Virus record (IMG/VR): IMGVR_UViG_3300020421_000016
Coordinates: 1 to 59,226 of that record
Length of the DNA: 59,226 nucleotides
Direction: 5' to 3' (one strand)
DNA from: a virus
Lineage: Duplodnaviria; Caudoviricetes
Position numbers and translations under genes: made by a program. Positions 47,253-56,384 of this stretch are shown here, one piece after another. Numbering within the stretch: position 1 is the first letter of the stretch; the number at the start of each line of letters is the position of its first letter. The notes below the pieces were generated by a model. That model saw only the letters and a program-made list of their open reading frames with translations. It had not been told where the DNA came from and made no database searches.

Positions 47253-49445
47253 GTGGCAGAAGAAATCAATAACGTTAGCGGATTGTACAACGAAAATGGT
47301 GAAAGCAAAATCAACAATGGTTCTGATACCACTCGTGTTTACAGTAGCGACCCGCAAAACAATCCCCTAAGCATTTATTTAAATAATCCTTTAAATAATT
47401 TTGACATATATTCTTATAATATACAAATACATCAGTGCCATCCTAAAGATGTTAATGATTTAGAAGTTGCTATTGCAGACGGTAGAACAGTATTGTTATG
47501 TGATAACAGCCAGGAAAGCAGATACAATATTACAAATATGGAGCAAACTTTTGTTTTAGGACACAGCCAAGTTAGAGAATCATTTAGTAATAAATTTACA
47601 ATTCAAGTTGCAGAACCCAATGGTGCTACATTTTTAAATGCACTTGCAAGTAGCGCATTTGTTAATCTAGGAATAGAAGCACCTATGCAAGCACGTTATA
47701 TAATGGTAGTAGACTTTAGAGGCAGGGATAGTTCAGGTAGAGCTGTTAAACTTCCACAGACTTTTTACTACAGAATATTTTTTCAGAATGTTGAGATGCA
47801 AGTCACAGGAGACGGAAGTCAGTATAATATTACAGCTACAGAAGAAGCCGCAATGGCTTACAACTATTTAGAAAATGTTATCCGTAGTCAGATTACATTA
47901 GAGTGTTCAACAGTAGGTGAGTTTGTAGCAGAGTTTATTAAAAAACACAGAAGAATGTTGCAGTTAGAACTAGATGCCAATCCTAATCAAGCGTTTGCTG
48001 ATACATATGAAATTGAATTTGATAGGGAAACTGGCACAACAGAATGGCTTAAATGGAAAATACAACAAAGTGATACTGGATTAAAAACACTTGGACCAAG
48101 TAGGGTAGGTGACAAAATAGCTTTCAACATTCCAAATGGTAGTAACTTTACTACGATCTTTGGATTAATATTACAATCAACAGCTGAGTATAAAAGTATA
48201 CAAATTGCAAGTGGAGGCACAATGAAGCCTACTCCAGCAGAAGCTGCAAATCAAACAATCGCAGAACTTCCTGTATTTCATAAAGTATTAGGACACATAG
48301 AGTACGGACAATATGATCCCTTACGAGGCGATTATGTAAAAAATATTGTTTATAAATTAAAAAAGCATATTGTTGTGGATACTCCTATAGATAGTATTCA
48401 GTACAACAGTGGAATTACAGAACCTACAATACAAAACAAAAGATTATCAAATATAATTCAGGAAAATTTATTACGTAAAAGATATGATTATATTTTTACT
48501 GGACTTAACACAGAAGTTTTAAATTTTGATATTAAATTCAACAGGGCATATTATGTAATGAGTGTTTTAGGACAAGGTATGACTGGTGACAGTAACCCAA
48601 TAAGCAGTACAGCAGGAAAAAGTGCTACAACAATTGAAACACAAATGCAAGAAGTAAAAAAGCGCATGAGTAAATTAGTTAGAGAACGAGAAAAAATTAT
48701 TAATGCAAGCAAAGACAAAGAAGGCAATATTAAACAACTAGATCCACCTGACGAAGCAGCAGTACAAGAATTACAAACTAATATTGAAGCACAACGTAGC
48801 GAATTAGAAGAGCTATTAGAAAAGTTTGCAGAACGAAGTAAAAATCGTGTAAAACCAGATGCTACTTTTGACAGTGTAGCAACAGGAGATTTTATAGCCG
48901 CTTCTAATGCAGAACAAGAGGTTGTACAAAGACTAAGATTTGCCGCAGACGTTGTTGACGATAGTGATATATATGGTCCTGAAAACGATTTAGAAGGTGG
49001 TACTATTCAGTTTGGTGCTATAAAAGCAAACTTAGAAAACAGTAGCGACTTAATGACTATAGAATTACATATTAAAGGAGATCCATATTGGTTGGGCGCA
49101 CCTGTGTCCTTTTTGCGTAGACAAAGTGATCCTGAATTAGTGGATTATGAAAAAGGCGGTCCGCTATTCTTCTTAAATATGCACTTGCCTATAGATGAAA
49201 ACAGCGCAGGGCGCAGAGTACCACGCAATGATTATCGTGTAAGTGGCTTATATAGAGTACAACATGTAATAAGTCAATACAAAAATGGAACTTTTGAACA
49301 ATATTTAAAAGCAGTCAGAGATCCACTTACTAATACTCCAACAGTATTAAATAGATTACTTGAAGCACAGCCAGTAACTCGTAGAGGGCAAGCATCGCTT
49401 GTAGGCAGAGTAGATAATGCAACTAACCAGGAAAATTTTAGATGA
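47253..49445 (+). CDS. Baseplate hub protein (gp27-like, enlarged)
   Basis: 730 aa between gp53 and gp5, with C-terminal IELHIKGDPYWL and SGLYRVQHVISQYKNGTFEQYL. Confidence 0.65.
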   Translation: MAEEINNVSGLYNENGESKINNGSDTTRVYSSDPQNNPLSIYLNNPLNNFDIYSYNIQIHQCHPKDVNDLEVAIADGRTVLLCDNSQESRYNITNMEQTFVLGHSQVRESFSNKFTIQVAEPNGATFLNALASSAFVNLGIEAPMQARYIMVVDFRGRDSSGRAVKLPQTFYYRIFFQNVEMQVTGDGSQYNITATEEAAMAYNYLENVIRSQITLECSTVGEFVAEFIKKHRRMLQLELDANPNQAFADTYEIEFDRETGTTEWLKWKIQQSDTGLKTLGPSRVGDKIAFNIPNGSNFTTIFGLILQSTAEYKSIQIASGGTMKPTPAEAANQTIAELPVFHKVLGHIEYGQYDPLRGDYVKNIVYKLKKHIVVDTPIDSIQYNSGITEPTIQNKRLSNIIQENLLRKRYDYIFTGLNTEVLNFDIKFNRAYYVMSVLGQGMTGDSNPISSTAGKSATTIETQMQEVKKRMSKLVREREKIINASKDKEGNIKQLDPPDEAAVQELQTNIEAQRSELEELLEKFAERSKNRVKPDATFDSVATGDFIAASNAEQEVVQRLRFAADVVDDSDIYGPENDLEGGTIQFGAIKANLENSSDLMTIELHIKGDPYWLGAPVSFLRRQSDPELVDYEKGGPLFFLNMHLPIDENSAGRRVPRNDYRVSGLYRVQHVISQYKNGTFEQYLKAVRDPLTNTPTVLNRLLEAQPVTRRGQASLVGRVDNATNQENFR

Positions 49446-51175
49446 GGCACAGTAGTACAAATAATTTTAGCAAAAAAGTTCGTGATGCGTATAATCAAAA
49501 TGTAATGAACAAAAGCATTAAAATCCCTGCTGGTGTTTATAGAGGACATATTATTGATACTGCCGATCCAAGGGGAATGGGCCGAGTAAAAGTAAGCATT
49601 GCAAAGTTTTATGGGCTTGCTCCTAGCGAAGAAGTATTAAGTCCAGAAGAACATATTGGTGCAGTTTGGTGTAGATTTATGACGCCTTTTGGTGGTACAA
49701 CTCCTATTGCAAATGGCGGACAGCGTAGTTATGGTATGTGGGGACAACCACCAGATCTAGATACAGAAGTACTTGTTGCATTTAGTGGCGATAGTGATAA
49801 AGGAATTGTATTAGGTACACTACCAGATGAATCACGTAACGGTAGTTTAGCAGGTCCACAGGCTGGATTTAGTAAAGATAATAAATTTACTCTAGTAGAA
49901 GAAAAACCAAAAGACCGAGATAACGACTCTGTACCTAATAATCCTCCAGAGCATCCACAAGCAACAAATTTAAAAGAACAAGGTCTTGAGTTAGACAGAA
50001 TACGTGGACTAAACTTTAGTAACCCACGCAGAGAAAACATGAGCCGTGTTTTTGGTATGAGTACACCTTCAGGGCATGCAGTGGTAATGGACGATGGTAG
50101 TCCTGAAGATCAGAGTTTCGAACTAATAAGGATACGTACAGCCAAGGCTGGACAAATACTTATGGACGACACAAATGGATTAATTTACATAGTCAGCCAA
50201 AGTGGTAAAACATGGATAGAAATGAATCGCGAAGGGGATCTAGATGTGTATAGTGAAAAAAGCATTAACTATAGCACTGAAGGAAACTTTAATGTACAAG
50301 CAGGCGGTGAGATAAACATGGAGTCAAAGCTGGGATTTAATATGAAAAGCCTAGGAGCGGCAGGTATTAAAATGCATGCAAGTACTGGCACTATTGATAT
50401 TAAAGCTCACAGTAATTTACAAATTGAAACAGAAAGTAACGGAAATTTAAGAGTTGCTGGCAGTTATAGAGAAACAGCAACACGTATTGATATGAACGGT
50501 CCACCTGCATTAGCCGCAACTATACCCATTATAACACAACATACTGGTAACGAAGAAGTTACAGAAAGTATTAGTAAACGTGTACCTGAACATGAGCCCT
50601 GGAGTGGACACTTAGATGTACAAGTTGTAAATCAAAGCAGTACAGCAGGTGTAACAGACCAAGGAAATAGTGTTAGCTTTTATGAAGGTAAACCACAAAA
50701 CCCAACTGCTGGAGAAAATGTGGGAGCATATGATTTAGGTAACTTTGCTGAAGCTGCTGAAACAGATCCTAGTGGATTATTAGAATGGCGTAATGGTGTA
50801 GATAGACGTGTTAATCCTGCACTTATAGAAAAAGTACGTAATGTTGCTCGTAAGTTTGGGCAAACACTTACAATTACTAGTGGATACAGAAGTCCAGCAT
50901 ATAACAAAAAAGTAGGCGGTGCAAGGAAAAGTCAACACATGCAAGCTAATGCTGTTGATATAAGTGGTTCAAACTTTACAGATCGAGAACGTTTGACTTT
51001 AATTGCACTAGCAAGTGCAGAGGGTATTACAGGTATTGGTGTTTACAACGATAAAAGTTTACACTTTGATGTACGTGCAAATCCCGCAGGCTGGGGAAGT
51101 GGATTTTCTTACGCTGGTATACCAGGTTATGCAAAACCTACAATAGATAAACATTTGGCAGGTGGATATGCTTAA
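49442..51175 (+). CDS. gp5: Baseplate central spike gp5/VgrG-like with C-terminal peptidase M15 domain
   Basis: OB-fold DPRGMGRVKV, TPSGHAVVMDD, beta-helix repeats ending IDMNG, then the M15 motif ITSGYRSPAYN...SQH...AVDI...GIGVY...LHFDVR. Confidence 0.88.
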   Translation: MRHSSTNNFSKKVRDAYNQNVMNKSIKIPAGVYRGHIIDTADPRGMGRVKVSIAKFYGLAPSEEVLSPEEHIGAVWCRFMTPFGGTTPIANGGQRSYGMWGQPPDLDTEVLVAFSGDSDKGIVLGTLPDESRNGSLAGPQAGFSKDNKFTLVEEKPKDRDNDSVPNNPPEHPQATNLKEQGLELDRIRGLNFSNPRRENMSRVFGMSTPSGHAVVMDDGSPEDQSFELIRIRTAKAGQILMDDTNGLIYIVSQSGKTWIEMNREGDLDVYSEKSINYSTEGNFNVQAGGEINMESKLGFNMKSLGAAGIKMHASTGTIDIKAHSNLQIETESNGNLRVAGSYRETATRIDMNGPPALAATIPIITQHTGNEEVTESISKRVPEHEPWSGHLDVQVVNQSSTAGVTDQGNSVSFYEGKPQNPTAGENVGAYDLGNFAEAAETDPSGLLEWRNGVDRRVNPALIEKVRNVARKFGQTLTITSGYRSPAYNKKVGGARKSQHMQANAVDISGSNFTDRERLTLIALASAEGITGIGVYNDKSLHFDVRANPAGWGSGFSYAGIPGYAKPTIDKHLAGGYA

Positions 51176-51929
51176 ATATATTTCAGATCCTAGGTTAAGA
51201 ACCAATTGGAGTGACTTTGTTGTAAAAGACGAATTTGCTGTGGATTTTCTAGTGGACACAACACAACGCAGTGCTAGTGAATCTATGATTTTATTAATGC
51301 TAGCACAAACAAGATTCAGCATGTTTAATGATGAAGGACATATTGGTTATGGTGCAGGAGACGTAACAAAACCTTTTGGATGTACAGAACAAGAAGCATA
51401 CAGTGAATGGCTTAAACAACTACGTAAAAAAGATAAATCTTTTCAAAGTAGTTTGCCGTTGCGCAGTGTAAGTCAAACACAATATGATGCATTGTTTAGT
51501 GTGTTCTATCACACAGGTAGTTGGAAAAGATTAAATGGTATGGAAGGCGTTTATGATTTAGAATATGCAGTTTTAAGTGAAAACTGGACTCTAGTTGCAG
51601 ATATAATTAATAACGGAATAGACGATCTACCAGACACTCGACGTTTAGAAGCTCGTGTGCTACAATTAGCAGATTACAGTACAGAACGCACAAGAGGTTT
51701 TATGCGCAACAAAGGTATTGCACGTGCTCGTAGGATATACAAAGCAGGCAATATAACAGACCAGTCTATTGTAAGGCAACTTGAGTTTGCATATTATAGA
51801 CAGACAGGAGCATTTCTTCCACGTATGACAGAATTACGTAAAAGAGAGCTATTGTTAAAAGTTGGTAGTACAGTTGATGCCAACACAGGAACAGTATCAG
51901 GTGGTACAGGTTCCAATACGTCCTATTAG
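51168..51929 (+). CDS. Lysozyme-like (GH24-like, possibly degenerate) baseplate-associated protein
   Basis: IGYG, VSQTQYDALFSVFYHTG and RRLEA resemble phage lysozyme motifs. The ATG at 51168 overlaps the gp5 stop. Confidence 0.55.
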   Translation: MLKYISDPRLRTNWSDFVVKDEFAVDFLVDTTQRSASESMILLMLAQTRFSMFNDEGHIGYGAGDVTKPFGCTEQEAYSEWLKQLRKKDKSFQSSLPLRSVSQTQYDALFSVFYHTGSWKRLNGMEGVYDLEYAVLSENWTLVADIINNGIDDLPDTRRLEARVLQLADYSTERTRGFMRNKGIARARRIYKAGNITDQSIVRQLEFAYYRQTGAFLPRMTELRKRELLLKVGSTVDANTGTVSGGTGSNTSY

Positions 51930-51935
51930 TTGTAC

Positions 51936-51942
51936 ATAAATA
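51936..51942 (+). promoter_or_regulatory. Putative late promoter (ATAAATA)
   Basis: Lies in the gap upstream of the HNH gene. Confidence 0.55.
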
Positions 51943-51975
51943 TTTGTGTAGCAACACAAAAGGGAAAACCACTGG

Positions 51976-52524
51976 ATGTCTACCTTATATTTGAACGCTG
52001 ATTTTCAGCCTATGGAACTGAGCCCGCTCAGTGTACTAAGTTGGCGAGATAGCATCAGCGCATACTTTAAAGATAGCGTGTATATCTATAAAACACACGA
52101 CAATTGGATGGTACGTAGTCCTAATCTACAACTAGAAGTACCCAGTATTGTAGTAGCAAAACAATACCATAAACGTAAAACCAACGCAAAACTAAGTCGT
52201 AAAAACTTGTTTATACGAGACAATTACCAATGTCAATACTGTAATGTACGTTTTTATCATCATGAACTTACTTGGGATCATGTTGTACCACGCAGTGCTG
52301 GTGGTAGAGGTAATTGGAATAATATTGTAGCCGCTTGTAAGAGTTGCAATTGGAAAAAAGGCAGTCGGCAAGATATACATCCTGTGCGAAAGCCATACAC
52401 ACCTAGTTGGCGAGAAATATATAATCAAAGTAAATGCTATAGAATTACAATTCCTGACCCAGCATGGCAGGAATTTTTAGATTGGCCTGAGGAATTGCTT
52501 ACAATTAAAACGCCAGTTTACTAA
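51976..52524 (+). CDS. HNH endonuclease (McrA/HNH_5-like)
   Basis: SRKNLFIRDNYQCQYC...TWDHVVPRSAGG..NWNNIVAACKSCNWKKG. Confidence 0.92.
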   Translation: MSTLYLNADFQPMELSPLSVLSWRDSISAYFKDSVYIYKTHDNWMVRSPNLQLEVPSIVVAKQYHKRKTNAKLSRKNLFIRDNYQCQYCNVRFYHHELTWDHVVPRSAGGRGNWNNIVAACKSCNWKKGSRQDIHPVRKPYTPSWREIYNQSKCYRITIPDPAWQEFLDWPEELLTIKTPVY

Positions 52525-52528
52525 ACTA

Positions 52529-52535
52529 ATAAATA
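52529..52535 (+). promoter_or_regulatory. Putative late promoter (ATAAATA)
   Basis: Ends 5 nt before the gp25 ATG. Confidence 0.6.
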
Positions 52536-52540
52536 GTATT

Positions 52541-52924
52541 ATGGCAACGTTTATAGGTTATAGCACAATAGACAGAAGATTTGGTAATTTTACGTTGAAA
52601 GACATAGAATTAGCCAAACGTGATCTATTAAATCATTTTTACACACGTAAAGGAGAACGTCTTGGAGAGCCAGAATTTGGTAGTATTATCCAGGACCTAG
52701 TGTTTGAACCTCTAGATGATCGCACAGTAAATGCAGTAGAAGATGATGTAAGAGATGTTGTGGCAAATGATCCTAGATGGATTTTAAATACTCTTAACAT
52801 TACTACTGGACAGCATACTATTGAATGTATATTAAATTTAACATATAAACCAGATAGTACACCTGACGAATTATATTTAAAATTTACTGCGGAAGAAGAG
52901 GAAAAAGATGGCACAGAGTACTAG
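52541..52924 (+). CDS. gp25: Baseplate wedge subunit gp25
   Basis: TRKGERLGEPEFGSIIQDLVFEP...DPR. Confidence 0.92.
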   Translation: MATFIGYSTIDRRFGNFTLKDIELAKRDLLNHFYTRKGERLGEPEFGSIIQDLVFEPLDDRTVNAVEDDVRDVVANDPRWILNTLNITTGQHTIECILNLTYKPDSTPDELYLKFTAEEEEKDGTEY

Positions 52925-55900
52925 ACAACGAAATTTGTTTGCTGCTGAAGACTTTACAGTTGTATATGATAGTTTTAAACAAGCAAACTTTAAAGCCTAT
53001 GACTACGATAATATTCGTAGTGCAATGGTGGATTATCTAAGAGATAATTATCCTGAAAACTTTAATGACTGGATTAGTTCAAGTGAATTTGTAGCACTGA
53101 TAGAATTAATTGCATTTATGGGCCACAACATTGCATTCCGCACAGATTTAGCAAGCAGAGAAAACTTTTTAAGTACAGCAGAACGCCGTGCCAGCGTATT
53201 GCGTATTGCAGATTTTCTAGGCTACAAACCAACACGTGCATTGCCAGCACGTGGATTATTAAAAATTAATTCTATTAAAACAACGCAGAATGTTTTTGAT
53301 ATTAATGGTGAGAGTCTTAAAAATCAGGAAATAGATTTTAATAGTGACCAGGATCCTGACAGTTATCAAAACTTCCTACTAGTGTTAAACGAAATAGTTG
53401 ATTCTACAAATAAATTTGGTAAACCAAAAGCAAGTCAAGATATTGCAGGTATTAAAACAGAAGTATATGGTACAAGTATTAGTGAAGATAAAATAACATT
53501 TCCTTTCAGAGGCACAGTAAACGGTGTTGCAGAAGATTTTGAAGTTGTAAACTATTATATAGGCGAAGATAAAGTATTAGAGGAACTGTCTCCAAATCCA
53601 GGAAGTAGTTTTAACCTAATTTATCGTAATGATAACCAAGGTCTTGGTAGTAACAACACTGGTTTTTTTGTGGGCTTTAAACAAGGACAGCTAAAGTTTA
53701 GTGATTACACAGCAGACAGTGCTATTAGTAATTTAAGTTTAAATGTTCCAAGTACAAATATAAACGAACTGGACTTATGGGTGCAAAACATAGACAATGC
53801 TGGAGATGTTTTACAAAACTGGACAAAAGTTGATACAACTTTTGGAGTAAATGCTATCTTTAATAGTATACAAAACCGTGTACGTTCATTGTATGCACAG
53901 CGTACACTTGATAACGACAGCGTTAGTGTAGAGTTTGGAGACGGTGTATTTGCAGACATTCCACGTGGTATTTTACGTATTTGGTATCGTGAAAGTCTTA
54001 ATGAAAGTTATACATTAAACACAGATGACATTGGTACAATACAATTTAACTACAGCTACACTGCAAGTGATGGCAACGAATATCAAGCAGTGTTTAGTGC
54101 GCAACTTATGGAGCCTGTTGCAAATGCAAGTCAGAGAGAAAGCGTACAGAGTGTAAAAACAAATTCAGGTCGTGTGTTTGCGGCACAAGACCGTATGGTT
54201 ACAGCAGAAGACTACAGCATTTATCCACTAACAGTAAGCAATAATGTTCGTAAAATTAAAAGTGTAAACCGTACACATAGCGGACATAGCCGTTTTATAG
54301 ATATAAATGATCCAACTGCACAGTATCAAAATGTAAACATGATTTCAGAAGATGGTTATATTTACAGCGAAGGTGTTTTGAATAGAATTAGTTGTTCACT
54401 ACCTACTACACTTACAGACGATCAAATATTCGATACTTATATTAATGAGCTAATACAAAATCCAGAAACTATTAACTTTTATTATGAAAACTTTACACCT
54501 ATTTCTATTGGGTTTACAAGCAATACTGCTAGTTTTAATTGGAATCAGGTCAGTAAAACAACAAATGAAAGTAGCGGATACTTTACACGTAATGGTGTAA
54601 TTGAAAGAACAGGACCTGCTAACAGTAATGCACTAAAAGATGTAAAAATAGGCAGTATTTTAGAATTTATAGAAAGTCCTTATAATGACGGAAGCATAGG
54701 TAATGTGGGAGATCAACTTACTGTTGCTAATGGTGGTACAGGATACACAAGCACACCAACTGTAACAATATTAGGTACTGGTACAGGTGCACAAGCACAA
54801 GCACAAATAGATGCTAATAGTGGCACTGTAACAAGTGTACAAATAGTTAATGGTGGCCTTGGTTATACAAATCCAGTGGTTGTACAAATTACCGGAGGCG
54901 GTGGACAAGATGCTGTAGCGTTAGCAACTGCAACAAGTGCTGAGGCTGAATGGGCACGTGTAGTAAGTATGAACGAAGAAGGACTAGGCATAGATGATAT
55001 TACAGGTAGTCCAACAGGTAGAGACAGCAAAGGTAAAGGTGCTATTGTATTAAGTAAGCCTATACCAAACAACGCAAGAATTAAAGCAATATTCCAACCA
55101 TATAATACAAAATTTACTACAAGCGAAAAGTCTGCAGCTAAAGCACAGATTGCACTTAAAAATAGTTTTGGTTTGCGTTTTGACAACGAACAAAGTATGT
55201 GGAGAGTAATTTTAGGTAATGACCTTGCACCAGAAAGCACAAACAATCCTGTAAATTGGAATACAACTTATGCTGGTAATAGCACAAGCCAAAATTTAGA
55301 TAATAGTTGGATTGTACGTGTTAATTATACAGCAGACAAATGGGAAATGATTACAAGACGTTTCCGTATAGTATTTGGCAGTGACAAAGCAGTACGTTTT
55401 TATAATCAAAACAATAAAATTAAATTTAACCAGGAAACAAACAAACCTGAAAGAGACGAAATTAAATTATTTAAAACAAACAGTCGTAGTGGCAACAGTC
55501 CGTATAGTTTAGGTAAAGATGTTAAACTATATGCATACAAGTATTATGCAGAGCCAGATGGATACAGTGATGATCATAAAATTATTGCTACTATAAGTGA
55601 TTTAAACAATGACTTATATCCAGACAACCCTCTTGCCTATAGAGATTTAGTGGGTGTGGATACAGTTGCACTTACTACAACAACTGAAGAAGGCTTTGAA
55701 TACACAGTTGTAGATCAAACTGCAAATAACGGAAACATAAGCGGGCGTAAAGATTTAAGTTTCCAATGGAAGCGGGTTGCTAATAGTGAACAACGTATTG
55801 ATCCAAGTATTAGTAATATTATTGACACTTTTGTATTGACAGACACATATGACTTGTTATATAGAAACTGGCTTACAAGAGACAGGTTAGAAGATACAGA

Positions 55901-56375
55901 ACCTAAAACACCTACTAGTGATGAGCTTAAAGAACAGTTTGCAACACTAGACAACAAGCGTAGTATAAGTGATAGCATTATATATCGTAGTGCTAGATAC
56001 AAAGTATTGTTTGGAGATGCCGCGGATGAAGAACTACAAGCAAAATTCCGTGTTGTAAAAATTAAAGGCACAACACTAACTGATACAGAAATTAAAAACC
56101 GTGTACTTACAAGCATAGATGAATTTTTTAATGTAGATAACTGGGACTTTGGAGAAACATTTTACTTTACAGAGCTAGCCGCATATGTACATAATGAAAA
56201 TTTAGGTATTATTAGTAGTATTGTTATTGTACCAACACAACAAAACAGTGCATTTGGTACACTATTCCAAGTAACACCAAACAGTGATGAACTATTCATT
56301 CCAGATGTAAATTTAACGAGTATTGATATTGTAAATAACTTTACAGGTGTCAATTTAAGAACAAGTATAGCGTAA
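52908..56375 (+). CDS. gp6: Baseplate wedge subunit gp6 (enlarged)
   Basis: YDYDNIRSAM, ENFLSTAERRASVLRIADFLGYKP, VEFGDGVF and QDRMVTAEDY. Confidence 0.9.
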   Translation: MAQSTRQRNLFAAEDFTVVYDSFKQANFKAYDYDNIRSAMVDYLRDNYPENFNDWISSSEFVALIELIAFMGHNIAFRTDLASRENFLSTAERRASVLRIADFLGYKPTRALPARGLLKINSIKTTQNVFDINGESLKNQEIDFNSDQDPDSYQNFLLVLNEIVDSTNKFGKPKASQDIAGIKTEVYGTSISEDKITFPFRGTVNGVAEDFEVVNYYIGEDKVLEELSPNPGSSFNLIYRNDNQGLGSNNTGFFVGFKQGQLKFSDYTADSAISNLSLNVPSTNINELDLWVQNIDNAGDVLQNWTKVDTTFGVNAIFNSIQNRVRSLYAQRTLDNDSVSVEFGDGVFADIPRGILRIWYRESLNESYTLNTDDIGTIQFNYSYTASDGNEYQAVFSAQLMEPVANASQRESVQSVKTNSGRVFAAQDRMVTAEDYSIYPLTVSNNVRKIKSVNRTHSGHSRFIDINDPTAQYQNVNMISEDGYIYSEGVLNRISCSLPTTLTDDQIFDTYINELIQNPETINFYYENFTPISIGFTSNTASFNWNQVSKTTNESSGYFTRNGVIERTGPANSNALKDVKIGSILEFIESPYNDGSIGNVGDQLTVANGGTGYTSTPTVTILGTGTGAQAQAQIDANSGTVTSVQIVNGGLGYTNPVVVQITGGGGQDAVALATATSAEAEWARVVSMNEEGLGIDDITGSPTGRDSKGKGAIVLSKPIPNNARIKAIFQPYNTKFTTSEKSAAKAQIALKNSFGLRFDNEQSMWRVILGNDLAPESTNNPVNWNTTYAGNSTSQNLDNSWIVRVNYTADKWEMITRRFRIVFGSDKAVRFYNQNNKIKFNQETNKPERDEIKLFKTNSRSGNSPYSLGKDVKLYAYKYYAEPDGYSDDHKIIATISDLNNDLYPDNPLAYRDLVGVDTVALTTTTEEGFEYTVVDQTANNGNISGRKDLSFQWKRVANSEQRIDPSISNIIDTFVLTDTYDLLYRNWLTRDRLEDTEPKTPTSDELKEQFATLDNKRSISDSIIYRSARYKVLFGDAADEELQAKFRVVKIKGTTLTDTEIKNRVLTSIDEFFNVDNWDFGETFYFTELAAYVHNENLGIISSIVIVPTQQNSAFGTLFQVTPNSDELFIPDVNLTSIDIVNNFTGVNLRTSIA

Positions 56376-56384
56376 GGACTGTAA

